Part shown: positions 25,914-33,478 of the stretch, piece by piece
How the letters are laid out: the number at the start of each line of letters is the position of its first letter
How positions within the stretch are numbered: the first letter of the stretch is position 1
Source: Patescibacteria group bacterium UBA6102
GTDB taxonomy: Bacteria; Patescibacteriota; Minisyncoccia; Minisyncoccales; UBA5738
Direction of reading: 5' to 3'
Length of the DNA: 33,540 nucleotides
NCBI GenBank assembly: GCA_002423555.1
Contig: DIWQ01000004.1
Span: 1-33,540 of the forward strand
Translations under genes and position numbers: made by a program
The notes under the pieces: model-generated
What the model was told of the DNA's origin: nothing
Databases searched by the model: none
What the model saw: the letters and a program-made list of their open reading frames with translations, nothing else

Positions 25914-27782
25914 ATGAAAATTCCCAAAATTTTGACACAAAACAAGAGGGTGGCGTTTTTTGTTGCCGACGCGGTGTTGGTCGCGCTTTCGGTTTGGCTG
26001 GCGTTTATGATCCGCTTTGAGGCCGCCGTTCCCGGCCAATACTTTGAGATCATCGCGCGACTGGTTCTGATTGGCTGGATATTCTATCTGCCCGCGCTGG
26101 CGGCAAATCGGCTTTATTCTTTTTCGTGGTCCTATGTGAGCGCCAGTGAATTGATCGCGCTGGCGCGGGCGGTCGGATTGGGATTTTTGTTGCAAACCGC
26201 CGTTCTGTATCTTTTTCGGGACTTTGCCTTTTTCTCGGGGTTTCCCCGTTCCACGATCTTTATTGCGGCGTTTTTTGTTTTTATCCTTTGCGGCGGGGTT
26301 CGCTTTGCCAAAAGAATTTATTTTTATTTTTTCCGCCGGAAGAACGGCGAAGGGATCGTGCGCGTTTTGATCGCCGGCGCGGGCGATGCGGGAGAACAAC
26401 TTTTGCGCAGTATCCAAAGTTCCGGCGCGGACCGTTATTTTGCCGCGGGGTTTGTTGACAACAATGATTCCCGGCAGGGAAGCATCATCCACGGGGTGAA
26501 AGTTCTGGGAAAGATCGCGCAAATTCCCGAAGTTGTTTCGCGGCACAATATTGGCGAGTTGATCATCGCCCTGCCGCCGGGATCAAAATCCGTGAGGGAG
26601 GCGGTGCGTCTGGCCAAAACTGCCGGCCTCAAAAAAATCAGGATCGTGCCGCCGCTGGCTGACATTATTGACGGCAAATTTTCGTTGGCAAACGTGCGCC
26701 GGGTGGAAGTGGAAGATTTGTTGGAGCGCGACAAAGTGTCGCTGGATATGGACGCGATCGGGAAATTCATCGCCGGCAAAAAAGTTTTGATCACCGGCGC
26801 CGCGGGATCAATCGGATCGGAATTGTGCCGCCAAATTGCCAAATTCGGGCCGGCGGAGGCAACGCTTTTGGATCAGGACGAAACCGGGATTTTTAACATC
26901 GGCAATGAGTTAAAAAAGCATTTTGCGGACTTGCCGGTCAAGGAATTCGTCGCCGACATTCAAAATGCGTCCCGGATGAAAGAAATTTTTTCGGAAATCG
27001 GCCCGCAGATCGTTTTCCACGCGGCGGCCTATAAGCATGTGCCGCTGATGGAGCAAAACGCCGGCGAAGCGGTGCGCAACAATGTTTTCGGCACCAAAAA
27101 TCTTGCCGATGCGGCGATTTCTGCTGGCGCGCAAAACTTCATTTTCATTTCCACCGACAAAGCGATCAATCCGACTTCGGTGATGGGCGCCACCAAACGG
27201 ATCGGCGAAATGATCTGCCAGGCGGCCAATGGCGCCGGAAAAACCAAATTCGTGTCGGTGAGGTTCGGCAATGTTTTGGGAAGCCGCGGCAGTGTGATTC
27301 CGATTTTTCGCGAACAGATCCGCCGGGGAGGGCCGGTGGAAGTGACTCATCCGGAAATGAAGCGTTATTTTATGCTCACTTCGGAAGCGTGTTTGCTGGT
27401 AATGCAGGCGGGGACGCTGGGAAAGGGGGGAGAAGTGTTCGTTTTGGATATGGGCAAACCTGTGAAAATCGTTGATTTGGCCAAAGAGATGATCAAGTTG
27501 TCGGGATTTAAACCTGACATTGATATGCCCGTTGTTTATATCGGAATTCGTCCCGGGGAAAAACTTTTTGAAGAATTGATGGCCGGCGACGAGGCGGTGA
27601 GCGCCACTCAAAGCGAGAAAATTTTTATCGCCAAGCTGGCGGCGGCAGATGAGCGGTCTTTGGCGGAAAAATTGGAAAGCCTGAAAAACGCCGCGCAAAT
27701 GCCGGAAAAACAATCCCAAATTGTTGGAAAATTACAATCTTTGGTGCCGGAATTTTGCAATAACGAAAAACAAGCAAGATAG
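25914..27782 (+). CDS. Membrane-anchored nucleotide-sugar 4,6-dehydratase (CapD/WbpM/PglF-like)
   Basis: ATG 25914 is preferred over TTG 25881. N-terminal TM segments, two Rossmann motifs (VLIAGAGDAGEQL; VLITGAAGSIGSEL), AAAYKHVPLME and STDKA. Confidence 0.85.
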   Translation: MKIPKILTQNKRVAFFVADAVLVALSVWLAFMIRFEAAVPGQYFEIIARLVLIGWIFYLPALAANRLYSFSWSYVSASELIALARAVGLGFLLQTAVLYLFRDFAFFSGFPRSTIFIAAFFVFILCGGVRFAKRIYFYFFRRKNGEGIVRVLIAGAGDAGEQLLRSIQSSGADRYFAAGFVDNNDSRQGSIIHGVKVLGKIAQIPEVVSRHNIGELIIALPPGSKSVREAVRLAKTAGLKKIRIVPPLADIIDGKFSLANVRRVEVEDLLERDKVSLDMDAIGKFIAGKKVLITGAAGSIGSELCRQIAKFGPAEATLLDQDETGIFNIGNELKKHFADLPVKEFVADIQNASRMKEIFSEIGPQIVFHAAAYKHVPLMEQNAGEAVRNNVFGTKNLADAAISAGAQNFIFISTDKAINPTSVMGATKRIGEMICQAANGAGKTKFVSVRFGNVLGSRGSVIPIFREQIRRGGPVEVTHPEMKRYFMLTSEACLLVMQAGTLGKGGEVFVLDMGKPVKIVDLAKEMIKLSGFKPDIDMPVVYIGIRPGEKLFEELMAGDEAVSATQSEKIFIAKLAAADERSLAEKLESLKNAAQMPEKQSQIVGKLQSLVPEFCNNEKQAR

Positions 27783-27923
27783 TTGAATTGATGATTTGAA
27801 TTTGGTTAGCCAATCGGGGAAGTCTGATGACTGGCTAAATTAATATATAATTCAGTCAGTTTGATGCCTAAATTATATAATAATTAAGTGAAGGTGTTTC
27901 GTAATCCAAATTAATTAAAAACT

Positions 27924-28703
27924 ATGGAAAAAGAAAATCAATATTCAGAGAGCGTTTCCGAATATGAAGAAGTTGATCTGCGCGACGTTTTTAATGTTTT
28001 AATCCGGAAAAAGAAGATTATTGTTTTTTGCGCGGCGGCGGGATTGGCGGCGGCGCTGGTTGCCAATGCCGTTTTGCCGCGTGTTTACCGCGCGCAAATA
28101 AAAATTGAGGCGGGATCGTTTGAAGAGCCCGCCGGCAAAGTTGAAGAGTCTGTTGGCAAGACCATATTATTGGCCGATATTGCGCAATTGAAGGATAAAA
28201 TTGAGCAGGGTGCTTATGGCGCAAACGATAAATCTTCCTGCACTTTGAAAGCCGCCGCCGCTTCGGGGAGTAATGTTATTGCCGTCACCGCGGAATGCGC
28301 CGATCCTTCGGCGGCAAAAAACTTGCTTTCACAAGTAGCGCAAAATATAATCGCCGAGCACGATAAAACAATTGCCGCGCGCCGGCAAACAATTGAAGAC
28401 CAAGTCAAGAATTATCAAGCCAATGCCGAAGAAATTAAAAACAGTTTTCAATATTCCGCGGACAGAAGCTGTTCCACCGAAAGATATTTGGCGGTTAGCA
28501 CTCTGGAAAATAGAATTATTGAACTGGAATTTGCTTTATCGCAATCCGATAGCACCGCCGTCATTTTGGCGCCTGCCGCATCCGAAGTGCCGATAAAGCC
28601 TAATCGGGAACTTAACGTTTCACTGGGGTTGATTTTGGGTCTTTTTGCCGGAATTTTCGCGGCGCTGGCCAAAAATTGGTGGTCTAATGCCAAAAATCAA
28701 TGA
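27924..28703 (+). CDS. wzz: Wzz-type chain-length determinant (polysaccharide co-polymerase), short form
   Basis: N-terminal EEVDLRDVFNVLIRKKKIIVF plus a TM segment, a helical periplasmic-type middle, and a C-terminal TM segment LGLILGLFAGIFAALA. Confidence 0.65.
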   Translation: MEKENQYSESVSEYEEVDLRDVFNVLIRKKKIIVFCAAAGLAAALVANAVLPRVYRAQIKIEAGSFEEPAGKVEESVGKTILLADIAQLKDKIEQGAYGANDKSSCTLKAAAASGSNVIAVTAECADPSAAKNLLSQVAQNIIAEHDKTIAARRQTIEDQVKNYQANAEEIKNSFQYSADRSCSTERYLAVSTLENRIIELEFALSQSDSTAVILAPAASEVPIKPNRELNVSLGLILGLFAGIFAALAKNWWSNAKNQ

Positions 28704-30685
28704 TCAAAAATGAGGGCGGAATTTGGGTGCTTTTGGTCAAAATCGGAATTTTCGCGGCGTTGTTGACGCCGGTAATCGTGGATTTTGATCTCTATTTTCC
28801 TTTTGTGGCGTCAAAGGGATTGTGGTTTATGGCGTGTGCCCAGCTGGCCTTTTTTTCGTGGCTGGTTTTGGCATGGCATTGGCGACATTATCGCCCGAAT
28901 TTCAAAAATCCGGTGGTGGCCGCCGTGCTTGCTTATTTGGGAGTTTTGTTTTTGTCGGCGATTTTGGGGGCGGATTTTTCCGCGAGTTTCTGGTCCACCT
29001 TTGAAAGGATGGGCGGGGTGCTGATGTTTTGCCATTTGGCCGGATTTATGATTTCTGCGACCTTGGTGCTGGAGGCGCGCGATTGGCGCAATGTTTTTTT
29101 TGCCTCCGTTGCGGTGGCGCTGGCGGTCGGTTTGCGGGCGCTTTTTGACCAGTCCGCCGCCGCGCGCGGCGGCGGATTTTTGGGCAATGATTCGTTTTTG
29201 GGAACTTATCTTTTGTTTAATGTTTTTATCGCGCTTTATCTTTTTTGGTCCGAGAAAAATGCCGGCGCCGGCCGGAGAGCGGCGGTTGCGGGAATTGTTT
29301 TTGCCGCGCTGGCGTTCTGCCTGCTTGTCCAGGGAACGCAATTGTGGGCGGGGGTTATTTCGGGCGGTTTCGTTTTGCCGGAGGCGGGAATAATAAAAGA
29401 TATTTTCAATTCCGGCGCGCGCGCGGCCAAAATATCTTTTCTGGGCGGGCTGGCGCTGGCGGGAATTATTTGGCTTGCGATGCACAAAAAGCGGATTTTT
29501 AAAATCATTGGATGCTTTCTGGCGGCCGCGGGAATGATGGCATCGCTTGCGTTTTTGCTTTTTGCCATAACGCCGGGAAATTTGATTCACCAAGAAATGG
29601 CGGAAAAATTCGGGGAAAGCACCATCGGCAGTCGTTTGGCGGTTTGGGAGATTGCCTGGCGCGGATTTTTTGAGCGGCCGGTTTTTGGCTGGGGGCCGGA
29701 AAATTTCGGCTTGGTTTTTGCCCGCCATTACAATCCTTGTTTGGGCTCATCCGCCTGCGGCGGCGCGACTTGGTATGACCGCGCGCACAATATCGTGTTT
29801 GACACTTTGGCCGAAACGGGCATCGCCGGCTTGATCGCTTACTTGGCGGTTTTTGCCGCGGCGCTGTTCGTTTTGTGGCAAAACCGCCGCCGGCAAAACG
29901 GCATTCCTGCCGCCGCGGTTTTCCCGGCGCTGTTTGCCGCTTATTTTGTCCAAAACCTGACAGTGTTTGATATGCCGGCGAGCCATCTGATGCTGTTTTT
30001 GTGCCTGGGTTTTATCGCGGCGAATTTTGATCAAGGCGGGCAAAAACCGAAGACCCTTTCGCGGCCGCCCGACGGGCGCATTCTGGCGGGGGTTGCTGTC
30101 GCTGCCACAATCTGTTTTGCGGCGTTTGTTTTGTCGCCGTGGTCGGCGTCCGCCGGCGTGATCGGCGCGTCAAGAGAGCCGTTCTTTTCCGCCGCCAAAC
30201 TTGATTTGCATCAAAGAGCGCTGGAGGCGTCGCCGCTGGGAATCCGCCAGGTCCGGCTGTTTTTTGCCCGCCAATGGCTCAATGCGTCCGAAGATAAAGA
30301 ATTTATTGAAAAAGCGCGCGAAGGGGAAATTCCAATGGGAGAAATCAATCGTTACTTCAATTTTTTTACCGGCGAATTGAAAAAAAGCGGCGCGGATTGC
30401 GAATTTGATTTTGCTTCCCGTTTGGAATTGGGGCGGCTCTATCGCCAATGGAGCGTGTTTGATCGTGCCAAAATTCCGGCGGCGGTTGAAGCATTGGAGA
30501 GCGCCCGATTGCTTTCGCCGCGCAACCAACAACCCTATTGGGAATTGGCGCAGATGAAGCTCTACGAAAATAATGTCGGCGCCGCCGAAGAATCGGCGCG
30601 GCAAGCCCATGACCTTTATCCGGACAATGTTCAGTCACGGGCAATTTTGGAAGAGATTCAAAAAATCCGCGATGGTTGGCAATGA
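28700..30685 (+). CDS. O-antigen ligase / O-oligosaccharyltransferase-like membrane protein (Wzy_C domain) with C-terminal TPR-like tail
   Basis: About 12 TM segments. The loop motif WYDRAHNIVFDTLAETGIAGLIAYL is typical of the WaaL/PglL/Wzy_C family. The soluble C-terminal ~170 aa has TPR-like helices (AVEALESARLLSPRNQQPYWELAQMKLYENNVGAAEE...). ATGA overlap with the wzz stop. Confidence 0.7.
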   Translation: MIKNEGGIWVLLVKIGIFAALLTPVIVDFDLYFPFVASKGLWFMACAQLAFFSWLVLAWHWRHYRPNFKNPVVAAVLAYLGVLFLSAILGADFSASFWSTFERMGGVLMFCHLAGFMISATLVLEARDWRNVFFASVAVALAVGLRALFDQSAAARGGGFLGNDSFLGTYLLFNVFIALYLFWSEKNAGAGRRAAVAGIVFAALAFCLLVQGTQLWAGVISGGFVLPEAGIIKDIFNSGARAAKISFLGGLALAGIIWLAMHKKRIFKIIGCFLAAAGMMASLAFLLFAITPGNLIHQEMAEKFGESTIGSRLAVWEIAWRGFFERPVFGWGPENFGLVFARHYNPCLGSSACGGATWYDRAHNIVFDTLAETGIAGLIAYLAVFAAALFVLWQNRRRQNGIPAAAVFPALFAAYFVQNLTVFDMPASHLMLFLCLGFIAANFDQGGQKPKTLSRPPDGRILAGVAVAATICFAAFVLSPWSASAGVIGASREPFFSAAKLDLHQRALEASPLGIRQVRLFFARQWLNASEDKEFIEKAREGEIPMGEINRYFNFFTGELKKSGADCEFDFASRLELGRLYRQWSVFDRAKIPAAVEALESARLLSPRNQQPYWELAQMKLYENNVGAAEESARQAHDLYPDNVQSRAILEEIQKIRDGWQ

Positions 30686-30695
30686 TTGGTTTCAG

Positions 30696-30724
30696 TGGAC
30701 AATTTATGGGCGATGAGATATAAT
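30696..30724 (+). promoter_or_regulatory. Near-consensus sigma70-type promoter for the AbiE pair (TGGACA-17 nt-TATAAT)
   Basis: TGGACA at 30696-30701, an exact 17-nt spacer, and TATAAT at 30719-30724, 41 nt upstream of ATG 30765. Confidence 0.5.
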
Positions 30725-30728
30725 AATT

Positions 30729-30758
30729 CCAAAGAATACTAAATATCGTATTGTTTGG
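30729..30758. promoter_or_regulatory. Inverted repeat (11-nt arms, 10/11 complementary, 8-nt spacer) between the -10 and the abiEi start; candidate AbiEi operator
   Basis: ccaaagaatac (30729-30739) versus gtattgtttgg (30748-30758). AbiEi antitoxins are known autorepressors that bind inverted repeats in their own promoter. Confidence 0.4.
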
Positions 30759-30764
30759 AAATTT

Positions 30765-31397
30765 ATGCGCTACGAAGAATTTAAATTGCGTCTCAAAAAA
30801 TTTATAGTTTTTTCGCTTGACGATATCAAAAAAATTGATCCGCGTTTTTATCGATCTCGCTTGAATGAGTGGCAAGACAAAAAATATATTAAAAAATTAC
30901 GGCGGGGATATTATATTTTTTCCGATATTGATTTGGACGAGAGAAAAATTTTTTTTATTGCTAATAGAATATATCATCCTTCATATGTTTCCCTTGAATC
31001 GGCGCTGTCTTATTATAATTTAATTCCCGAAGGAGTTTATATGATTACTTCAGTTTCCAGCGCGAAAACTTTTGGGCTTGAAACGCCAATCGGAAAATTT
31101 TCTTATCGGCGAATCAAGCCGGATTTGATGTTTGGTTATCGCTTGGAAAATTTTAACGATCGGAATTGCAAAATTGCTGAAATGGAAAAAGCCGCCTTGG
31201 ACTATCTTTATCTTAATCCGGCGATTATCAAAGAAGGCGATTTTGCGGAGTGGCGGTTTAATAGTCGTGAATTTCTTGCTCGCGCGAATATGAAAAAATT
31301 TCGTGAATATGCCTCAAGATTTAAAAATAAAAGATTTGAAAATCGCGTTAAGCTATTTTTGAAGATGATCAAGAAATCAAATTATGCTGTCTCTTAA
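30765..31397 (+). CDS. abiEi: AbiEi-family type IV antitoxin / transcriptional regulator
   Basis: N-terminal wHTH-like segment ending ...LRRGYYIF, and the YVSLESALSYYNLIPE motif characteristic of AbiEi. Overlaps the downstream NTase gene by 14 nt. Confidence 0.75.
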   Translation: MRYEEFKLRLKKFIVFSLDDIKKIDPRFYRSRLNEWQDKKYIKKLRRGYYIFSDIDLDERKIFFIANRIYHPSYVSLESALSYYNLIPEGVYMITSVSSAKTFGLETPIGKFSYRRIKPDLMFGYRLENFNDRNCKIAEMEKAALDYLYLNPAIIKEGDFAEWRFNSREFLARANMKKFREYASRFKNKRFENRVKLFLKMIKKSNYAVS

Positions 31398-32163
31398 ACA
31401 AATTGAAAAACAATATCCCGAATCTTTACGTTTGTTCAAACGCGGAATTTTGCGCGAATATTTGCAATATAAAATTCTTGAAATAATTTTTAATTCCGAG
31501 TTCGCCAATAAGCTTTCTTTTTTGGGCGGGACCGCTTTGCGGCTGGTTTATGATAACCAAAGATTTTCCGAAGATCTTGATTTTGATAATTTTGGTCTTA
31601 CGGAACCCGAGTTTAAAATTATGGCGGAAAAAATTAAATTGGGCTTAGAGGCGCAAAGCATAAAAACGCAAATCAACGTTTCGGCAAAAGGCGCATATCG
31701 ATGCAATGTTCGCTTCCCCGACTTGCTTTTTGGGGAAGGATTATCGCCGCATCAAGGAGAAAAAATATTGATTCATATTGACACTGCCTCGCATGATTTT
31801 TTTTATCGGCCGCTTGAAAAAGTTATCAATAAATTTGATGTTTTTGCCGAGATTTTCACAACGCCACCCGATATTTTGCTTTCGCAAAAAATTTTTGCAA
31901 TTTTCAACAGAAAACGAGCCAAGGGTCGCGACTTTTACGATTTGGTTTTTTTGATGTCGTTTGCGAAGCCCAATTATGATTATTTGAAAGTTAAAATTGG
32001 AGTGAGTGATTTTGACCAATTAAAAGCCAAGCTGATCAAAATTTCTCAAGAATTGGACTTTGAAGAATTGGTGCGCGATGTTCAAATATTTTTGTTTAAT
32101 CCCAAAGACGACAAAAAAATTAAATTGTTTTTGCCCTATATCAAGTCGCTGGAAATGAAATGA
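31384..32163 (+). CDS. abiEii: AbiEii/AbiGii-family nucleotidyltransferase toxin (DUF1814)
   Basis: LREYLQYKILEII, NTase motif LSFLGGTALRLVY...RFSEDLDFD, and KRAKGRDFYDL. Confidence 0.8.
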   Translation: MLSLKQIEKQYPESLRLFKRGILREYLQYKILEIIFNSEFANKLSFLGGTALRLVYDNQRFSEDLDFDNFGLTEPEFKIMAEKIKLGLEAQSIKTQINVSAKGAYRCNVRFPDLLFGEGLSPHQGEKILIHIDTASHDFFYRPLEKVINKFDVFAEIFTTPPDILLSQKIFAIFNRKRAKGRDFYDLVFLMSFAKPNYDYLKVKIGVSDFDQLKAKLIKISQELDFEELVRDVQIFLFNPKDDKKIKLFLPYIKSLEMK

Positions 32164-33041
32164 TCATAATCAAAAAAAACGAACCGTTGGCGAATCATTG
32201 CACCTATCGCATCGGCGGGCCCGCGCGGGTTTTGTTTTTGGCCGCCGACGAGCGGGAAATTATCGCCGGCATTGAAATCGCCAAAGAAAATCGTTTCAAA
32301 ACGATGATTTTGGGCGGCGGCAGCAACATTCTTTTTTCCGATCGCGGTTTTGACGGTTTGGTGTTGAAGCTTGCCAACAATTTTATAAAAATTGCCGAAG
32401 AAAAAGAAGATCGCGCGGTGGTTTTGGCGGGCGCCGGGGCGCCGCTGGCGGCGCTGGTGAAATTCGCGCTTGATAATTCCTTGGCGGGAATGGAATGGGC
32501 CGCCGGCATTCCCGGAACGGCGGGCGGCGCGATTCGCGGCAACGCGGGGGCGTTCGGCCGCGAGATCGGCGCATCGGTTTTGCGGGTGAGGGCGCTGGAG
32601 ATCTCCGGCAAAAGCGTTGTGCCGGCAATCGTCGGAAAAGAAGATTGCGCGTTCGGTTATCGCGAAAGCGTTTTCAAGCGGAACAAAAATTTGGTGATTA
32701 CCGCCGCGAAATTTGTTTTGGAAAAGGGGAATGCAAATGAAATCGCGGACAAGATCAAGGAATGCGCCGAAAAAAAACGGATTTCCCAGCCGCTGGATTT
32801 TCCCTCGGCGGGGTCGGTGTTTAAAAACCCGGAAGGTTTTTTTGCCGCAAAGATCATTGAAGACTGCGGCTTAAAGGGAAGATCGGCCGGCGGGGCGCAA
32901 ATTTCGGAAAAGCACGCCAACTTCATTGTTAATCGCGGCAATGCCAAGGCGGATGACGTTTTGGCGTTAATCGCGCAAATCAAGGCCGCCGCCAAAGAAA
33001 AATTCGCCGTTGATCTGAAAGAAGAAATTGAAATCGTGTAA
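32160..33041 (+). CDS. murB: UDP-N-acetylenolpyruvoylglucosamine reductase (MurB)
   Basis: NEPLANHCTYRIGGPA, ILGGGSNILF, PSAGSVFKNP and GGAQISEKHANFIVN. Its ATG overlaps the abiEii TGA (ATGA). Confidence 0.9.
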   Translation: MIIIKKNEPLANHCTYRIGGPARVLFLAADEREIIAGIEIAKENRFKTMILGGGSNILFSDRGFDGLVLKLANNFIKIAEEKEDRAVVLAGAGAPLAALVKFALDNSLAGMEWAAGIPGTAGGAIRGNAGAFGREIGASVLRVRALEISGKSVVPAIVGKEDCAFGYRESVFKRNKNLVITAAKFVLEKGNANEIADKIKECAEKKRISQPLDFPSAGSVFKNPEGFFAAKIIEDCGLKGRSAGGAQISEKHANFIVNRGNAKADDVLALIAQIKAAAKEKFAVDLKEEIEIV

Positions 33042-33048
33042 ACAAAAT

Positions 33049-33102
33049 TCGAATATCGAATATCGAAATTCGAAACAATATCGAAATTAAAATTTTCGAA
33101 TT
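33049..33102. repeat. Array of six TCGAAWW units, four of them in exact 7-nt phase
   Basis: TCGAA starts at 33049, 33056, 33063, 33070, 33081 and 33096. The complementary TTCG units are phased every 7 nt at 33155, 33162 and 33169. Confidence 0.85.
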
Positions 33103-33177
33103 ATTAAAACAGGAGATCCGATTTTTGTTTTGAAAATTAAAATTTGTTTTGAATTTCGGATTTCGTGCTTCGGATTT

Positions 33178-33207
33178 CTATTTTTATTTTTTAGAAAATA
33201 AAAATAG
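33178..33207. repeat. Perfect 13-bp AT-rich inverted repeat with a 4-nt loop
   Basis: ctatttttatttt (33178-33190), ttag, aaaataaaaatag (33195-33207); the arms are exact reverse complements. Confidence 0.9.
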
Positions 33208-33209
33208 AG

Positions 33210-33218
33210 TTATCCACA
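33210..33218 (+). promoter_or_regulatory. Perfect DnaA-box consensus TTATCCACA, immediately followed by TTGACA (33220-33225)
   Basis: Exact 9/9 match to the E. coli-type DnaA box. Only one strong copy is present; the weak 7/9 match at 33247-33255 is on the opposite strand. Confidence 0.4.
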
Positions 33219-33350
33219 CTTGACAAAGTTTTTCTGCGTGAAAAAATGAAGATAACGAAAGCCGTGAAAATTTTTTTGACAAAAATTTCGCGGGCGAATT
33301 TCAAACGGTCGAAGAGATCAAAAGAATTTTAAAAATAAAAAATAAAAAAA

Positions 33351-33431
33351 ATGGCAACCAAGAAAAAAGCCGCGCCGAAGAAGAAGGTAGTCGCGAAAAA
33401 GAAGCCCGCGGCAAAGAAAAAGAAGAGGTAG
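33351..33431 (+). CDS. Small Lys/Ala-rich basic protein (26 aa), not in the ORF track
   Basis: ATG 33351 to TAG 33429-33431 encodes MATKKKAAPKKKVVAKKKPAAKKKKR. Same strand as all other genes, with an A-rich SD-less leader like the other starts. Coding status is unproven. Confidence 0.35.
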   Translation: MATKKKAAPKKKVVAKKKPAAKKKKR

Positions 33432-33478
33432 TTTTTGCGCTTCGGGAGGAAAACAAAAAAAGCTTTAATTAAAAATTT

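Noticed and set aside
25797-27719. Minus-strand ORFs of 249 aa (25797-26546) and 269 aa (26910-27719) opposite the CapD/PglF-like gene
   Set aside because: Both are Arg/Gly/Pro-rich low-complexity translations antisense to a gene carrying two Rossmann motifs and the YKHV catalytic motif. They are shadow ORFs.
27806-27838. Hairpin (ttagccaatc ... gactggctaa, 9/10 complementary) after the CapD/PglF-like gene as a rho-independent terminator
   Set aside because: The stem is short with a mismatch, the loop is 13 nt, and no U-tract follows (attaatatat). The TATAAT-like strings downstream lack properly spaced -35 elements, so neither a terminator nor a promoter could be supported.
28811-29728. 305-aa minus-strand ORF (plus several 60-110-aa ORFs) inside the ligase-like gene
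   Set aside because: This is the most GC-rich part of the window (42/60), where long antisense ORFs arise by chance. The + strand product has coherent TM topology and the Wzy_C loop motif; the antisense product is Arg/Lys/Pro/Gln-rich junk.
33049-33178. Heptad repeats as a CRISPR array or minisatellite
   Set aside because: The units are 7 nt with no spacers, there are only 4-6 copies, and they have an inverted partner array. This is not CRISPR architecture, and no cas genes are present.
33210-33218. Calling the region a chromosomal replication origin (oriC)
   Set aside because: There is only one perfect DnaA box plus one or two weak (6-7/9) matches. No dnaA/dnaN is nearby and skew cannot be computed from one window. 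It is kept as a low-confidence regulatory site.
33246-33332. 28-codon basic ORF MKITKAVKIFLTKISRANFKRSKRSKEF in the murB-downstream gap
   Set aside because: Its ATG overlaps the only candidate -10 region for the TTGACA at 33220-33225, and there is no supporting signal. It is indistinguishable from a chance ORF in A-rich sequence.
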